Positions 40,201 to 49,903 of a DNA stretch of 64,000 nucleotides are shown in pieces. The notes under the pieces were generated by a model. The model had not been told where the DNA came from. It was given only the letters and a program-made list of their open reading frames with translations, and made no database searches. How positions within the stretch are numbered: the first letter of the stretch is position 1; each line of letters starts with the position of its first letter. This DNA comes from a virus (lineage: Duplodnaviria; Heunggongvirae; Uroviricota; Caudoviricetes): the IMG/VR virus record IMGVR_UViG_3300025859_000003; one strand, given 5' to 3'. The position numbers and the translations under genes were made by a program.

Positions 40201-40586
40201 GGACCCCTTCGGCCTTGTACCGAACACAGCTCCTGCTGAAGGGGTTTTCATACAACGACTGGGAGCCTGAGACCATCTTTGATGTCCACTTGGAGCTCTC
40301 CATTTTGGAGCTGCTCCGTCGTGACTCCACCATCGAGATCAGCCGTCAGATCCTTGACGTCTACAAGCACGCACGGTCCGAACAGCACGCTGCCGAGCTG
40401 GTCCATCAGCTGAAGGCTATGTACCTCATTGGCTACGAAGAGCAGGAAGCCAGGAGGAAGAAGCTGGAACACGAGAAGTTCGTTAGACTGATGGAAGAGG
40501 GTATCGTTATCAGTTCCGTCACCAAGGAAGAGGCCGTCGGCCGCATGGTGAAGATCGACCGGTACACCGGCAAGCGAATTGAGTAA
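40191..40586 (+). CDS. Tail assembly chaperone frameshift extension (T-like)
   Basis: -1 frame relative to the upstream gene, open across its stop; only a weak TTG start at 40215. Confidence 0.55.
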   Translation, partial: KPLRTPSALYRTQLLLKGFSYNDWEPETIFDVHLELSILELLRRDSTIEISRQILDVYKHARSEQHAAELVHQLKAMYLIGYEEQEARRKKLEHEKFVRLMEEGIVISSVTKEEAVGRMVKIDRYTGKRIE

Positions 40587-40589
40587 TCT

Positions 40590-43445
40590 ATGGCTGGCGG
40601 CTCCTTCGCATCTGACCCGTCATTCGATGCTTACAATCAGCAGGTGAACCCTGCGATGGCGTCGTATTTCCAGACGATGGGCCAGCTGGAACGATCCCGC
40701 AATCGGTTGATGGAAGTTAGCCAGGGCGTCATAGGGGCAGTTCCTGGGGCAATGCAGATGGCCCAGACGGGCCTTATGCGGGCCCAGTCCGGCATGGCCT
40801 ACATCGGCGCTGGTGCGTCGGCTTTCCATGGGAACTTCCTGGGAGCCTACAACCGCTACCAGGGCCCGATGACTGGCCAGTATGACTTCATGGGGACCGG
40901 CACAGCCATCGCTGGCCTGATGGGCGCTCAGCCCTTCATCCAGGGAAGGTTCCAGTACGAAGGCGCCCACATTGCTCGTGATGTGGCCCTTCAGAACTTC
41001 AACATAGCCGCCCAGGATGCGATTCGTACTGGTCTGACCCAGGTCGCTCCTCAAGCCTTGATGATGGGCGGGTTCATGATGGGTGGACCCGCAGGTGCTG
41101 CTGTGGCCGGCGTAGGCGCTGGCGCCTCACTGATGGCTCCTCTGGCTTTGCGTCGGTTTGGGATTGACGCCCAGCTTCACAGTGAACGTTTCCGCCGTCA
41201 GATTCAGTTGACGGTCGGCGAACGCCTGGGAGATATGGGCGGGGCCAACCGGTTCCGCTTGAGCCGAGACGCTGCTGCCGGAGCCTCAGCTGCTGTCACG
41301 GACTACGTGTCCGACGTTCAGCGACAGTACGGATGGTTCGCTCCTGAGGCACGGGAATTTGAGCCGCTGGTTCAGGCTGCGATTGCTACTACTTCCGATA
41401 AGGATCTTCCGAAGATTCTTGAATCCGGAGCCAAGGGGCTCAAGGACCGCATTTCCGCGCTTCGCGACGCCGCCGCCGTATTGAACACGAACTTCGAGGA
41501 GATCGCCCAGCTCGCGACCGAATTCGGGGAAGACTCCGAGATGGGCGTAGGCGGACGGTTCGACCAGTTCGTCCGAGACATCAATAGGGCTGCCACCAGA
41601 GGCCGAGGGCTGAATCGTAGAGCCCTGGCGCAAGCTTCCCTTCAGGCCAGAGATCAGGCTATTTCTCAGGGATTCCAGGGAGAAGCCACTCAACGCGGTC
41701 TCATGTCCCTTGCCGCTGATATTCAGGAGCGAGCCAACCGTGGTCTGATCGATCGGGACTACCTGTTTGCCTTTGGTGGACGTACCCAATCTGAGGCAGC
41801 GATCAACACTGCCATGGCCACCCAGCAGATGGAACGCGGGATGGCTATGGGACCGTTCGGCATGATGGCCCTGGCACGGATGAGAGGCGGCGGCGGCATC
41901 GGGGGCGGCCTTCTTGGTGGCGCTGGTCAACTTGGCCAGGCGTTTGCCCAGGATCCCTTCGGTTTTGCCTTGGCACAGTACAGTCCGCAGAACCTCACGA
42001 GGATGGGGCAGGAAGCGCCGTACCAGTTGTTCTCTCGTATGCAGCAAACCTTTGGAGGCGGTCAGTTTGGTCAGTTGGCCTTCCTGAGAACCCTGCAGTC
42101 TCAGACAGGGATGAACAACACCCAGGCCATGGCACAGTACCGTCGTATTCGCGGCGAAAGAGCGATGTTGAGCGAGGCCTTTGGTGGACGTACTGGTCTT
42201 TCTGAAGATCAGTTGATGAACGCCTATCTCAACGCACGGGGCATGACTCCTGACCTGACGATTGGAGAGTTTGCGGGCGGAGGATTTACGAGTACACAAA
42301 TCGAAGCCCTCGCCGCCGGAAGCTCTACCGAAGTTCTGACAATGGGGGCGAACAACGTAGGGCCCGGCGTACTTGCCGGCGTACTTACTGATGCCGAGAT
42401 CGCCAAGTTCTCAACAGCTAAGGCTTCTGCTGCTCAGGAACGAGCAGCCGTAAATTTTGCCAACAGTGTTCCAGGAGGAGTAAAGTTCGCCGAGACAGAC
42501 ACGTTCTTCGATCGAGCTGTGGGCCGTCTTACAGGATTGCTGGGACCGCCGAGAGGACTTTATGGTTTAGCCACTGGTGAGATGGATCTCGGAGAAGCGG
42601 CTGCAGCCAGTACTGGACTAGCTGGCTTGGCCAGTTATGTGGCGTATGGAGGCCGGCGAGCTTTTGGTTTCTTCTCCGGTGAAGAAGAGGCAGCTGTTGC
42701 GGAAGAACGTAAGCGTCTAACTGCCGAACGTCAGCTTGCGTTAGACTCGTTCCGAGGAACAGGGTACGAGGGAACCAACAGGTATCTCGAAGCTAACATG
42801 GATCGGCTCAAGGCAATAGGAATCGTCAACGATGTGGCGGACATGGCCGGAGCTGGCCCTGCTGGTAAATTCCTGTTCGGTTTGTTCCGTAAGGGCACAG
42901 GTAATGTTGCCCAGATGAGGGAGACACTTAGAACTGGTCTTGCCGGTCAGGACCCTGAAAAGGCCGCCGCACTGCAGGTCTTGTTTGACGAAATCGGTCT
43001 CGCTGACAAGGTAGGCGGAATCCATACCCTTGGTCTCACCAAGACAGGTAAAGACGCCGAGGGGGCCGCTGGCCGAGTATTCGAGGCCATGATGAAATTG
43101 TCCCCGGAAAGCCTGTCTCAGGCACTCACAGCTGCTGGAGTAGAAGGAGAGCTCAAGGGCTTTGACGCTCTTCAGAAGGCGTTTGCAGACGACGAGAAGG
43201 TGTCGCTGAACGAGCTGAAGGACACTAACGTCCGTAAGCAGGCTGAAGAGTTCACCAAGAGTATTCTGTCCCCGGCCAACGAAAAAGCCGCGATGCTTCA
43301 GCAGCGGTATTTTTCAGCGTTCAGCGCTGGATCGTTGGCTCAGGTGTTTGCTCAGGCGAATGCTACGATTCAGCAAGACGCATTTACCAAGTTGGCCAAC
43401 CTCAAGACCGAAAACGGTATACTGCTAGTAAAGCAAGTTACGTAG
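40590..43445 (+). CDS. Tape measure protein
   Basis: 951 aa, Ala/Gly/Gln-rich helical with hydrophobic Gly-rich stretches, follows the chaperone pair. Confidence 0.7.
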   Translation: MAGGSFASDPSFDAYNQQVNPAMASYFQTMGQLERSRNRLMEVSQGVIGAVPGAMQMAQTGLMRAQSGMAYIGAGASAFHGNFLGAYNRYQGPMTGQYDFMGTGTAIAGLMGAQPFIQGRFQYEGAHIARDVALQNFNIAAQDAIRTGLTQVAPQALMMGGFMMGGPAGAAVAGVGAGASLMAPLALRRFGIDAQLHSERFRRQIQLTVGERLGDMGGANRFRLSRDAAAGASAAVTDYVSDVQRQYGWFAPEAREFEPLVQAAIATTSDKDLPKILESGAKGLKDRISALRDAAAVLNTNFEEIAQLATEFGEDSEMGVGGRFDQFVRDINRAATRGRGLNRRALAQASLQARDQAISQGFQGEATQRGLMSLAADIQERANRGLIDRDYLFAFGGRTQSEAAINTAMATQQMERGMAMGPFGMMALARMRGGGGIGGGLLGGAGQLGQAFAQDPFGFALAQYSPQNLTRMGQEAPYQLFSRMQQTFGGGQFGQLAFLRTLQSQTGMNNTQAMAQYRRIRGERAMLSEAFGGRTGLSEDQLMNAYLNARGMTPDLTIGEFAGGGFTSTQIEALAAGSSTEVLTMGANNVGPGVLAGVLTDAEIAKFSTAKASAAQERAAVNFANSVPGGVKFAETDTFFDRAVGRLTGLLGPPRGLYGLATGEMDLGEAAAASTGLAGLASYVAYGGRRAFGFFSGEEEAAVAEERKRLTAERQLALDSFRGTGYEGTNRYLEANMDRLKAIGIVNDVADMAGAGPAGKFLFGLFRKGTGNVAQMRETLRTGLAGQDPEKAAALQVLFDEIGLADKVGGIHTLGLTKTGKDAEGAAGRVFEAMMKLSPESLSQALTAAGVEGELKGFDALQKAFADDEKVSLNELKDTNVRKQAEEFTKSILSPANEKAAMLQQRYFSAFSAGSLAQVFAQANATIQQDAFTKLANLKTENGILLVKQVT

Positions 43446-43454
43446 GGGTGATCT

Positions 43455-43883
43455 GTGGATAAGGCAGCGGTCTTCGGAATTGGGCAACGCCTTGGGGAAG
43501 GAGTTGCGTCCCGTCTGGGTATGAACCCGGCTGCCCAGAAATCTATGGGTGAGTTTGGCCGTATGGCTGTTCCTATGGTGGCCGGATCGTACCTTCAACG
43601 TAGCGAAGATCCGATGCTCTCCGGTCTCGGCACTGCTCTGACGTATGCGCCGATGTTCATGGGCATGATGCCCAAGAACCTGTGGGGACCTCAGACACCT
43701 GTAGGAAAACCGAAGCCGGCGGGACCTCCGGCCTCGAAGCCTCAGGCAGGCTCGATGGCGAAGCAGCCGCCTAAAAGCATGAAGGCCACCGGGGTGAAGG
43801 TCGTGAAGCCCAGGACGCCGCAGGGACTGGTTCCCAAATCAATGGTGAAGATGCCCAGGATACGAATGGGACGCTTCGGGTAA
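43455..43883 (+). CDS. Basic Met/Pro-rich protein, possible internal head protein
   Basis: GTG start, N-terminal DKAA motif, TATACT box upstream. Confidence 0.5.
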   Translation: MDKAAVFGIGQRLGEGVASRLGMNPAAQKSMGEFGRMAVPMVAGSYLQRSEDPMLSGLGTALTYAPMFMGMMPKNLWGPQTPVGKPKPAGPPASKPQAGSMAKQPPKSMKATGVKVVKPRTPQGLVPKSMVKMPRIRMGRFG

Positions 43884-43919
43884 AAGAAAAGGGCGAGGAT
43901 GACCTCGCCCTTTCTCTTT
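43883..43919. terminator. Bidirectional terminator
   Basis: AAAGAAAAGGGCGAGG..CCTCGCCCTTTCTCTTT between convergent genes. Confidence 0.8.
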
Positions 43920-45003
43920 AGATGACCGCAAGAGCAGTCCTGATCTTGTCACGATCAGCCTTGGACATCGGAGGGATCAGGATGTTCTTACCCTCTGAGG
44001 TTCTGGCCTCGGACGCGTCCCGTATCCGGCTGATCAAAGTGGCAATCTCGGGATCCTCGCTGATTCCCTGCAGGACCTTCCAGATTGCGGCGAGCCACTT
44101 GTTGTCCGGCTTCACGTACACGATGGCGTGAGCCAGCATCAGCAGGTGGTGGGTCATCACGACTTTGTCGATATCAAAGTCCATGTCGACCTTCTTCGCC
44201 TTTTCTTCGGCGGAGGCGAGCTTGGCCTTGATGTCCACCAAGGTAAGCTCGGTAGTGTCGAGCTTCTCTTTGAGTTTCTCCAGCGCCTTCTCCTGGTCAG
44301 AGATGGCCTTTTCCTTACGACGCAGTTCAGTGCTCAGCTTGACTGTTTCTTTCTCAACAGCCTTCTGAAGCTTCGCGACGACTTCAGTACTGATCTTTTC
44401 GTCGTTCTGCTTCAGTTCATTGCTGAGCTCAGTAAGTCGCGCTTCAAGGTCCTTCACCTTCTCGGACTCTTGAAGGTAAAGACCCATGGCCTCGTCAACC
44501 TGGCCCTGAGCAGCGGTAAGCTTGTCCTGCACCTGTTTCTGGATGTTAGCCAGGAAGTCGAGGGACTCGATTCCAACCTTTGCGTTGGTCGGCGCCGCAG
44601 CAGCTTGTGCGTCGGCCACCATTTGCTTCGCTTCTTTCTCGGCTTGTTGAGCTTTGACCAGCGACTCCGGAGTTTCTTCTTCCGCCGGCGCCTCTTCTTT
44701 CGGAGGGGTCGTTACTTCAAAATCGGCATCAAGCATGGTTGGAACTTCTGCTCCGCGGCGGCAGGACATTACCGGCAGGTTGTTGTCCCTAGCGTAAGTC
44801 GCCCACTCATGCTTCAGATCGTTTGCGCAGGTTTGTGTGGCGAAGCACACGATCTGGGCTCCTTCAAGATCTCGTCGCTTGTACTTCTTCTCTCGGCCGA
44901 CCTGGATGAAGTCATCGAAGTACTTGCCGATCTGCTTGCAGATGACGTCGACGTCACCAACAACAATGGCCTTTATGGGCCGCACTAGCTTTGGCTTTGC
45001 CAT
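43918..45003 (-). CDS. Coiled-coil protein with DUF2325-like N-terminal domain
   Basis: Start MAKPKL (SD AGGAGG). AIVVGD...VCFATQTC..DL.....YARDNNLPV, then a long coiled coil. Confidence 0.5.
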   Translation of the reverse strand: MAKPKLVRPIKAIVVGDVDVICKQIGKYFDDFIQVGREKKYKRRDLEGAQIVCFATQTCANDLKHEWATYARDNNLPVMSCRRGAEVPTMLDADFEVTTPPKEEAPAEEETPESLVKAQQAEKEAKQMVADAQAAAAPTNAKVGIESLDFLANIQKQVQDKLTAAQGQVDEAMGLYLQESEKVKDLEARLTELSNELKQNDEKISTEVVAKLQKAVEKETVKLSTELRRKEKAISDQEKALEKLKEKLDTTELTLVDIKAKLASAEEKAKKVDMDFDIDKVVMTHHLLMLAHAIVYVKPDNKWLAAIWKVLQGISEDPEIATLISRIRDASEARTSEGKNILIPPMSKADRDKIRTALAVI

Positions 45004-45114
45004 GACTAACCTCCTGTAAAAAGAATGGAAACTGAGAGAGCCGCCGGGTCCCTCTGCTCCGGGGGCACAGAAGCAAAGGTACACCGGCAGCCCTCATCTT
45101 GTCTGCAAAAAATT

Positions 45115-45137
45115 GTGGTCGCAGACTCTGCGGCCAC
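45115..45137. repeat. 23-bp dyad repeat, copy 6
   Basis: GTGGTCGCAGACTCTGCGGCCAC. Confidence 0.9.
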
Positions 45138-45193
45138 GACAAGGGAGCCGCCCATCTGCGAGCGGCTCCCTTCGGTTGTCGTGTGGATGGCGA

Positions 45194-45481
45194 CTACTTC
45201 TTTTCTTCTTCCTCGTCCTTCTTGTCGCCCTTCTTGCCCTTCTTGCCCTTGTCGTCCTTCTCGGCGTCCTTCTCGGCGTCCTTCTCGGCGTCCTTCTCGG
45301 CCTTTTCCTTGGCGTCCTTGTTCGCCTTCGCCTTTTCGTCGCGGGCCTTCTTGACCTCGTCCGGGTCAGCCATGCGGCTGACAACGAAGCCTGCGCCTGC
45401 GCCCGCCACCGCGGCGCCAGCGCCGACCAGGGCCAGCACGGTCGTCGAGAAGGTGCGAGCTCCCATCAACAGAAAGTGCAT
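45194..45481 (-). CDS. Small membrane-anchored K/E/D-rich protein with KDAE repeats
   Basis: SD AAGGAG, N-terminal hydrophobic helix, 12-bp tandem repeat CCTTCTCGGCGT. Confidence 0.6.
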   Translation of the reverse strand: MHFLLMGARTFSTTVLALVGAGAAVAGAGAGFVVSRMADPDEVKKARDEKAKANKDAKEKAEKDAEKDAEKDAEKDDKGKKGKKGDKKDEEEEKK

Positions 45482-45591
45482 GTCCACTCCTTATCAAAAG
45501 AACCATGGTTTCTTTTCGAGGAAACATTCCCCGTTCATCTTCTTAGGCCATGTATGGATGTGGATTTTTGGGGTTTTTTAGCCTCGCTTTG

Positions 45592-45620
45592 TTGACCACA
45601 AGATGTTGGGCAACTACATT
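45592..45620 (+). promoter_or_regulatory. Sigma70-type promoter upstream of the structured RNA
   Basis: TTGACC-17 bp-TACATT. Confidence 0.6.
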
Positions 45621-45647
45621 GTTCGCAACCCACCAAGGGTTCTGGCT

Positions 45648-45752
45648 GGAGGGGCCGTAGTTGGTGCTGTGAGCGACTTCTTTCCTGAGGAGACAGTACT
45701 GACGGTTCAAGCTGTTGTCCTGCAGTCTTGAACAGGAATCAACGGCCCCTCC
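45648..45752 (+). ncRNA. Unclassified structured RNA (three-way junction, possible pseudoknot)
   Basis: 11-bp closing stem GGAGGGGCCGT/ACGGCCCCTCC, 11-bp stem GTTGGTGCTGT/ACAGTACTGAC, stem GTTCAAG/CTTGAAC. Confidence 0.55.
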
Positions 45753-45775
45753 CTTCCCTTCCTATCCTGTAACTG

Positions 45776-46387
45776 ATGGCAACCTTTATCGCACAGGACT
45801 ACGCCGACAACTTTGTCGACGTGTACAACCGCGGTCTACGTGACCTGCGTTCGACGGACCTGGCTACGTACTACCGGGAAACCCCGCGTTCCATGGTGAA
45901 CAGCGAGGACATCGACGAGCGATACTCAAAGATCGTTGAGGCCCTGGAAGAGGATACTGGTGAGGCGGCCTTTTTGTTCAACCCGCCGTTTCCGGATGAA
46001 TCTGTTCCGATGCCCCTCAACGAGTTTGTGGACATTTTCCTGCCGGCCTCTGGAACAAACACCTTCATCCTTATGCTCACCAACCAGGGACTGGAAGTAA
46101 CCTTGGTTGACGACCTTGAAGAGGATGACAACGACGAGTTGGCTCTGAGGAACTCTGAGCTCATCGATCTGTCGATCGACCAGGAGGCCGACGGAAACTT
46201 CATCACGCCAGATTACGTAAACGCCGTGCTGGAGCGTTCTTCTCTGGATGAGCTGGAAATCGTGTCAACGTTCCATTTCATTGAGGATGAGGTACAGAAC
46301 GACGCTTTCGATGCTGACGCCAAGGCCGGCCAACGAGTAAGACAGCTGACGTCGTATATCGAAGACCTGCTTGGAGCCTTGTCATGA
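45776..46387 (+). CDS. Acidic hypothetical protein
   Basis: 203 aa, no SD, TATCCT 7 nt upstream (possibly leaderless). Confidence 0.6.
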   Translation: MATFIAQDYADNFVDVYNRGLRDLRSTDLATYYRETPRSMVNSEDIDERYSKIVEALEEDTGEAAFLFNPPFPDESVPMPLNEFVDIFLPASGTNTFILMLTNQGLEVTLVDDLEEDDNDELALRNSELIDLSIDQEADGNFITPDYVNAVLERSSLDELEIVSTFHFIEDEVQNDAFDADAKAGQRVRQLTSYIEDLLGALS

Positions 46388-46860
46388 GGTCATTGAGCCA
46401 CGTTTCCCCTATTGCTGTATTGGTACTCGCCGACCTTGTCGAGAAGACGGGCGAGAATCGGACCGAGCTGGGAAAGAAGTTGGTGGGTGACATCCCTAGC
46501 TTCAAGAAGATGTCGGAAGACATAACGGTTTCTGCCAAGAAGGAGCTGAACGTTTCTCCTGGGCCCGTAAAAACTACTACCAAGGCTGCGGATCTCGCAG
46601 GCCGTAGTCTGCACACTCTTTTGACCAAGAAGGCTCAGATTCCTCGCGCAGCCATGCCGTGGATGAAGGCCGTCAGCAAAGCCAAAGGCGTCAAAGGACG
46701 TATTCTCCCTCAGGCTCCTCAAGGCAGTGAGCAGCCTCTTCATCAGAGGCCCACTACAAGTTTTGCTACTCCAGGAGGAGCTCCCGAGCTCACCCCCAAG
46801 TCAATCAAGTCCATGTCTCAGATGGTTGGAGGCAAGCTGGTCCGGACTAAGTTCAAATAG
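46384..46860 (+). CDS. Basic protein with K-x-A motifs
   Basis: ATGA overlap with the upstream gene; KAA, KKA. Confidence 0.5.
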   Translation: MRSLSHVSPIAVLVLADLVEKTGENRTELGKKLVGDIPSFKKMSEDITVSAKKELNVSPGPVKTTTKAADLAGRSLHTLLTKKAQIPRAAMPWMKAVSKAKGVKGRILPQAPQGSEQPLHQRPTTSFATPGGAPELTPKSIKSMSQMVGGKLVRTKFK

Positions 46861-46956
46861 CAGAGTGAGAAATTCGTAAAATCTGAAAAGATTACCAGTG
46901 GACAGAACTCACTTTGTGTGCAACCCTATATCGTACAGATAGTAGGAGTTGCGCCA

Positions 46957-47246
46957 TGATCACGAACAAGACAACCACAAGCGAGCTCACCGAACTCGTT
47001 CGTCGGATTGACGAGTACGTGTTCATCCTTACGAACACGACTCTCAATGACGTCGAGCGCGACTCCATCCTCCGTCAACTCCGGAACGACGTGCAGCTGG
47101 CACACAGCCTGTTGAGCCGTCTGGAGCAGTCCGGGACGGAGGTTGCAACCGAATCTATGGCCGCTACACTAGACTCAGCCCTGATGGTGCTGAACACCCA
47201 CAGATTCTTCGGAGCGATCGCACAGGTTGAAATCAACGTACTTTGA
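46957..47246 (+). CDS. Hypothetical helical protein
   Basis: SD AGGAG before MITNK (start coordinate approximate). Confidence 0.5.
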
Positions 47247-47263
47247 TGATCGGCTGTAGGAGT

Positions 47264-47301
47264 AAAAAGAAAGGGGCGGTTCTCCGTCCCTTTCTCTTTT
47301 T
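47264..47301. terminator. Bidirectional terminator
   Basis: A-tract, GGGGCGG..CCGTCCC, T-tract between convergent genes. Confidence 0.75.
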
Positions 47302-47581
47302 ACAGCACAGTCAAGCGGCTCAGTATCGCCTCACGATCCGCTGGAGATACGTTGAATTCGATGAGAAGGTAAACGAGGCTGCGATCACTTACAACTTGTA
47401 CAGTCGCCCGGCTTCCCTCAGGGGTTATCTCAAGCAGCTCTGTCTCGTAGGTCACTCCCTCCGGGGCCATGCCTTCGACGACTACGCGTAGCTGTCGCAC
47501 CAGGTTGGGCTTCATCAGGGTGACGTAGACGAGAGGCTCGTCATCAACCCACGTGAGGAATGTCAGGCCGTCGTTACTCAA
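47300..47581 (-). CDS. Hypothetical protein
   Basis: Probable TTG start overlapping the upstream stop. Confidence 0.4.
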   Translation of the reverse strand: MSNDGLTFLTWVDDEPLVYVTLMKPNLVRQLRVVVEGMAPEGVTYETELLEITPEGSRATVQVVSDRSLVYLLIEFNVSPADREAILSRLTVL

Positions 47582-48299
47582 CGTTGTCTTCCTCTTCTTC
47601 CTCTTCTTCCTCTTCTTCCTCTTCCTCTTCTTCCTCTTCTTCCCCGTCTTCCTCGTCCGGATCGCCGTCCTCCTCTTCAAACTCATTTTCGTCCGGCGGA
47701 ACGGCCTCTCCGGCCTTGAACTTCTCCAGTTTGGCGAGTTTCTTCTCGTCCAAGTGGTCGTCCATCGCCACGATGAGTCGGCCATCGTACTTGGACTTGA
47801 TAGCCTCGACCTGGTGGGAGTCGTCGATGATGTCGAACTCCTCCAGCAACGCCTTGTTGCTGAGATAGATCACCATCGCCCACGCCTCTTCGATTTCGGT
47901 CTCGGCGCCGATGTTCTCAGGAGCCGGCTCGAACCCCGAAGACAGGTCCTGCCGGTACTTGATCTTGAGCCGAGGCTTGTGGTCCATCACGCGGTCGACC
48001 ACCTCGTAGATGGCACATGAACGCTTGGGCATCGGGATAACAAGCAGAGTGCCTTTCTCCACGGCCTGCTTACCGAACTGCTCATCGATGTACTTGGTCC
48101 GGACGTGAATCATGTCCTTGACAGCCTTGTCGACGTTCTTGGCTTCGATCGGTTCGAGGTTGTCCTTGCTGACTTTCATCGTCGAGCCTATGAGCTTTGC
48201 CGGAGATACCGCAGCGACGGTCTTGTCGTCGAGAGGGGTGACAACTGTGCCTTTCGGGAACTTCTGCAGAGTCTTTTTCATCACCATCAAGTTGGTCAT
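47574..48299 (-). CDS. Hypothetical protein with poly-Glu tail
   Basis: 241 aa, coupled to neighbours. Confidence 0.6.
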   Translation of the reverse strand: MTNLMVMKKTLQKFPKGTVVTPLDDKTVAAVSPAKLIGSTMKVSKDNLEPIEAKNVDKAVKDMIHVRTKYIDEQFGKQAVEKGTLLVIPMPKRSCAIYEVVDRVMDHKPRLKIKYRQDLSSGFEPAPENIGAETEIEEAWAMVIYLSNKALLEEFDIIDDSHQVEAIKSKYDGRLIVAMDDHLDEKKLAKLEKFKAGEAVPPDENEFEEEDGDPDEEDGEEEEEEEEEEEEEEEEEEDNVE

Positions 48300-48715
48300 A
48301 CTTTCTTCCTTTTCCGCTCAGAGGGAAACAGTCGTTTACAGATAGAGGTCACAGAGCGCTCGTTCAGGAGAGGGTGGATGTCTTTTTTGTCCACATAGAA
48401 CATCCCATCAACCGTCATCACCAGCTCTACGCCCTTGACCTTCTTTTTCTTCGTAACGGGCATGGCTAAAGATTCGCCCCACAGGTATTTGACCACATAA
48501 ACAACCCCGGTTTGGCCAATGGGGCTGATTGTGGACCAATCAGTGATTTTTTCTATCTGCACAACCGCAACGGAACGACGGTCTCCGCCAGGTAAATAAG
48601 AACCAACGGCTACGACCTTGTCACCGACTTTGTACTTCGAGATAACCGGCTCTTCCAAAGCCGGCTCCTCTTCCCAGTCCAGTTCAATTTCAAAGTCGTC
48701 GTCCTCGTCCGGCAT
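48296..48715 (-). CDS. Hypothetical protein (SH3/KOW-like pattern)
   Basis: KYKVGDKVVA motif. Confidence 0.5.
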   Translation of the reverse strand: MPDEDDDFEIELDWEEEPALEEPVISKYKVGDKVVAVGSYLPGGDRRSVAVVQIEKITDWSTISPIGQTGVVYVVKYLWGESLAMPVTKKKKVKGVELVMTVDGMFYVDKKDIHPLLNERSVTSICKRLFPSERKRKKV

Positions 48716-48718
48716 GAA

Positions 48719-49477
48719 CTATCCTTTCACAACAGGTCGCTTTTCTGTCTTGATGTTTACCCCAGGGCAGCCGCCCACTGCAATGATGGCGGACTCGTTG
48801 ACACCAGTGATCTTTTTGCATTCCTCGGGGAGGTCTGACGACTGGAATTTGATCACAGTCAGTCCATTTCCTTGAACCGCGATGTCTTCGACCACCAGGC
48901 CGGTTTTAGACACGATCCATTGGAGAACTAACTCCTTGACAGCCTCTTTGACCAGGTACTTGGCCGGCACCTTCTGGATGTTTTGAATCTCGACAACAGT
49001 GTGATCACGGAAAGACATCGCCACACCTTTGACCCTGGTGACCTGGTTCTCGGCGGCGGGTAGCATGGCTTTCTCGTGCGGCTCCAGGTCCTCGTGCTCG
49101 GCTTCGAGGACTTTCATCTGCTCGGTGGCGAAGACCGCGATGGCGGACCGAGCTTCGGTATCGATGCGTTTGAGCTCATTCACCACGTCAGACAGCGGAC
49201 CTACCTGATCCTGCTGCTCCTGCTTGAGCTCGTTGAGCTTTTCCTGGGCCGCGGCGATGCGGCCTTTGTACTTGCCCTTGATCTTGTCGATTTTGGCCTT
49301 CAACGTCTTCTGGGTCTTTTTGATGGCTGAGGCCACAAGAGTGAAGAGCTCTTTGTCACCATCGTTCTTCGCTTCAGAAATGACGATGTTTTTCAGCAGC
49401 TCTAACTGCTTTTCAGGATCGTCGTTATAGCGCTCGATCGCCTCGATCAAGTCTTTTTTGGGTACTCGGTTTGCCAT
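48719..49477 (-). CDS. Coiled-coil phage protein, gp157/Gam-like
   Basis: Start MANRV (SD GAGGAG). Coiled coil, then VEIQNIQKVPAKYL...CPGVNI. Confidence 0.45.
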   Translation of the reverse strand: MANRVPKKDLIEAIERYNDDPEKQLELLKNIVISEAKNDGDKELFTLVASAIKKTQKTLKAKIDKIKGKYKGRIAAAQEKLNELKQEQQDQVGPLSDVVNELKRIDTEARSAIAVFATEQMKVLEAEHEDLEPHEKAMLPAAENQVTRVKGVAMSFRDHTVVEIQNIQKVPAKYLVKEAVKELVLQWIVSKTGLVVEDIAVQGNGLTVIKFQSSDLPEECKKITGVNESAIIAVGGCPGVNIKTEKRPVVKG

Positions 49478-49537
49478 TCGTAACTCCTCAGGGTATAGTC
49501 GTGATCCGGTATTCACTTAGGCCACACAAACAGCTCA

Positions 49538-49899
49538 TGTCGGAGGAAAACGCTAAGCCGTACTACTGTGCGGGGGACTACTATCTGGTCCCAGGCGAAG
49601 ACAAAACTCCGATACCTCAGAAGCTGGTTGGATTCCGCGGCCCATGCGGCGCGAAGTGTAGCAGCTTCAAGGATTGTCCTGGTATGCTTCTATTCGAGAG
49701 CGGCAACAGCTACTGCCCCATGCCCCAACCTGGGTTCTTAGCTATGCCGTTCAAGCACGCACCTCTTACCCCCGCCTGGCGTGCCTTGCAGATGTTCGCT
49801 CGTCTGCTCAACAACAAGAAGCTTCGCCGTGGTGCCATTGAGCTCTGGGATGGCCGTGTAGTTCATTTCAGGGTCGAGGACAAGAAAAAGGAAGGGTAG
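49538..49899 (+). CDS. Cys-rich hypothetical protein
   Basis: MSEENAK start, several Cys. Confidence 0.45.
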
Positions 49900-49903
49900 C
49901 CAG

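Noticed and set aside
45651..45752. tRNA, tmRNA, SRP RNA or hammerhead ribozyme
   Set aside because: No T-arm adjacent to the acceptor strand, no anticodon arm or CCA, no SRP GGAA core. CTGAGGA is present but no correctly placed GAAA.
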